From NCBI RefSeq assembly GCF_009914755.1, contig NC_060940.1: a stretch of 64,000 nucleotides of DNA. One strand, written 5' to 3'. Under the pieces are notes generated by a model. It saw only the letters and a program-made list of their open reading frames with translations, was not told where the DNA came from and did no database searches. A program made the position numbers and the translations under genes. This document shows positions 61,788-64,000 of this stretch, piece after piece. Source of the stretch: the human T2T-CHM13v2.0 reference genome, Homo sapiens. Every line of letters starts with the position of its first letter. Positions within the stretch are counted from its first letter, which is position 1.

Positions 61788-64000
61788 TTATACATGCATG
61801 TCCCCTCCAAAATAAATGGTAAAACAAAGTCTGAGGAAACTCAGTTATCTGCATATTAAATAATATTTCTTGGTATAATTAAGATATGGCTTCCATTTTA
61901 GAAAACATTTCAGTTACCTATTTCTGCCTCCACCTCTCCCAACCTATGAAATATCCAATGCAGACTCACCCTTAAACCCGTAACAAATAGTGACAGGCAT
62001 TATAACGGCACGGCCAGACAATAATTTGTCCTTATAAATTATCTACCCTAAAGGCTAAACTGAAAATCCAGTTGATATCTGACACAACTTTTGTTACTGA
62101 ACTGGAGTAAACCTGATAACCTAAAACAAGGTAGAAAAGGCACTGTCTCTTCTGCATTATCTATTTCTGATTCAAAGACTAATCTGTGTCACGGGAAAAT
62201 GGGAGTCTTGGATCTTCAGCATGTAAGCTACTTAAAGAGGGCCCATTGATTCTCTTCACCCTAGAACACTACAGGGAGCCCCCTGAAACACCGCAAATGT
62301 TTGAAAGCTGAGTGTGCAAAAGTCAAAGTACAAATGTATAGGTTGTTAGGTTGTTATTGGGAATATTCTTCACAGAAGATTAAAACATTAAAAATTTTAA
62401 AATCCAATTATTGTCATTATATAGATCCTGCCTTATTCAAATCCACAAAAACCAGTAAGCTTAAGAACCTTCATAGACACTCAGATACCCAAGAGAGAGA
62501 CTGCTGGAAAAGTCTCCCTCCTAAGTACTTGTAGTTTCATTTCATTCATCACTATCTAAATATCTTCCTTCCTATGGGCTCCCACTTCTGGATCCCTCTT
62601 CTGCAGGGATCTGTGGCAATCTCCAATCTACATCTTCAGCCTAGGAAAGCCCAGATTCCTCAAAAGATGGGCTAACATAATTGAGAGTAGGATCTCTCTA
62701 TTCCTCTGCTTCTGGAAAGTAAGTTAGTCTCAGTCATCCACCCCAAGCATATGCATGTTACCAACTACCCAAATGAAGCTTCATTGCCGTTTTGCCGGCC
62801 AATCCTACATTTGCCCTACCCTACATGTACATGAGAGAATTGAGAAAAGAGTCAGAAAAAAAGAGACATCCACTCTGGGTCATAGATCTATGTACTTAAG
62901 CAATCTCCAGCTCCCTAGTCCTTGAGGGATTCTAAGTCCTCTGTAAGCTGGGATGGAAGAGGATGACACCACATTCCTATCTGCTCCAGAGACTCTTTCC
63001 AGTGGCTCAAATTCTTTTAACATTTTTCAATAAAACCTTGAAGTTTGTCAGTTCCTCCAGTTAAACAAACAAAAAGGCAGCAACCTCTTCAGAACTCCTT
63101 GAATGCCGTATTCTAATATGCCTTTCTTGATAGCTCCCAACATCCTGTGTTTTCAATTCCCTTATCTTTATCAAACTTGCATTAAACCAAATATTCAGAT
63201 TTTTTCCTAAAACCTTCATTTCTATCCAACTAAGAGTTTGTTTCTCTTCAAATTTGGCTGTCCCCTGCAAATTCCATTCTTATCCACTTTCATTGGGTTC
63301 AACAGCTCATTCCATTCTCATCCTCTTCCACTGTGTTCACTAGAGCCACTCCCTCTTCCTAAAACTAAAATCTCTCAATGACAGAATGATGTAAAAGAAG
63401 ACTGGGTTTTGAACTAAGAAATCTGAGTGCAATTCTCATTTCTCTGATTTACTGTATCCAAATAATTTTCTCTCTTTAAGTTTCAGGTTCTCCACCTGAA
63501 CAACCACTTCATCAGGATGTTAAGCAAGGATTCAAGTACTAGAGGATATTTTGTTTAGTCTCTAGGATTTCTTAACATTCTGAAATTCTATGCACCTCTG
63601 ATTGTGTCTGTAAGAAAATGGGGAATATTTAGCTGCCATACATGAAAACTATAAAAGAAGTTCTTAAACCCTAAGAAAAGCAGTAGAGAAAGTGAAAAGA
63701 AATCAAGAAAATACTAAAATGTCATAGAAGGAAAAAAGAAGAATCCAGAAAATAAGAAAAAGCTACAGCGAACTAGGCAGGGTACTCACTTAAAGAGAAA
63801 ACCTAACTGGGCAGGCAGTAAGTAGAGAAATGAATTAGAAATATCCTTTTAATATGTGCTAAATATAGTTAACATAACATGGTCTATATTTAGATAATCT
63901 CCATGCACAGTAAGGTAATATTTTTCAAGGACTGGACTGGTCTTGCTTATGAAAAACTTAGGGTCCTGTGGACACAGGTAACTGATATCTGCCTTTAAAA

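Overview
This is human/great-ape-type genomic DNA, dense in Alu, L1, Tigger and LTR repeats, with the mosaic layout of a pericentromeric segmental duplication. No intact protein-coding gene is supported. From left to right the window holds: (1) ~1-11.6 kb, repeat-rich flank with a fragmented Tigger2, a small CpG island with orphan exon-like segments, and an old U6 snRNA/L1 chimeric retrocopy; (2) ~11.6-31.3 kb, an unprocessed, 5'-truncated BMS1 pseudogene on the minus strand (10 exons of the C-terminal half) with a frameshift, a nonsense codon, a dead splice acceptor and an AluY inserted in an exon; (3) ~31.3-39.5 kb, a GC-rich junction block made of an interstitial TAR1 (subtelomeric, TERRA-promoter-type) fragment, REP522-like sequence and a ~3.7 kb CAGGG/CCCTG array that flips polarity; (4) ~39.5-47.4 kb, AT-rich L1/LTR spacer; (5) ~47.4-64 kb, a rearranged ANKRD36-like pseudogene fragment on the minus strand with two ~1.9 kb exon-pair units and a ~2.3 kb duplication. 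The best candidate for a working system is the TAR1 CpG island acting as a new promoter/first exon spliced into the BMS1 exons. Gene and repeat names come from recalled sequences, not a search. Exon coordinates were read from GT/AG sites; repeat boundaries are approximate. The exact locus or paralog cannot be fixed from sequence alone.
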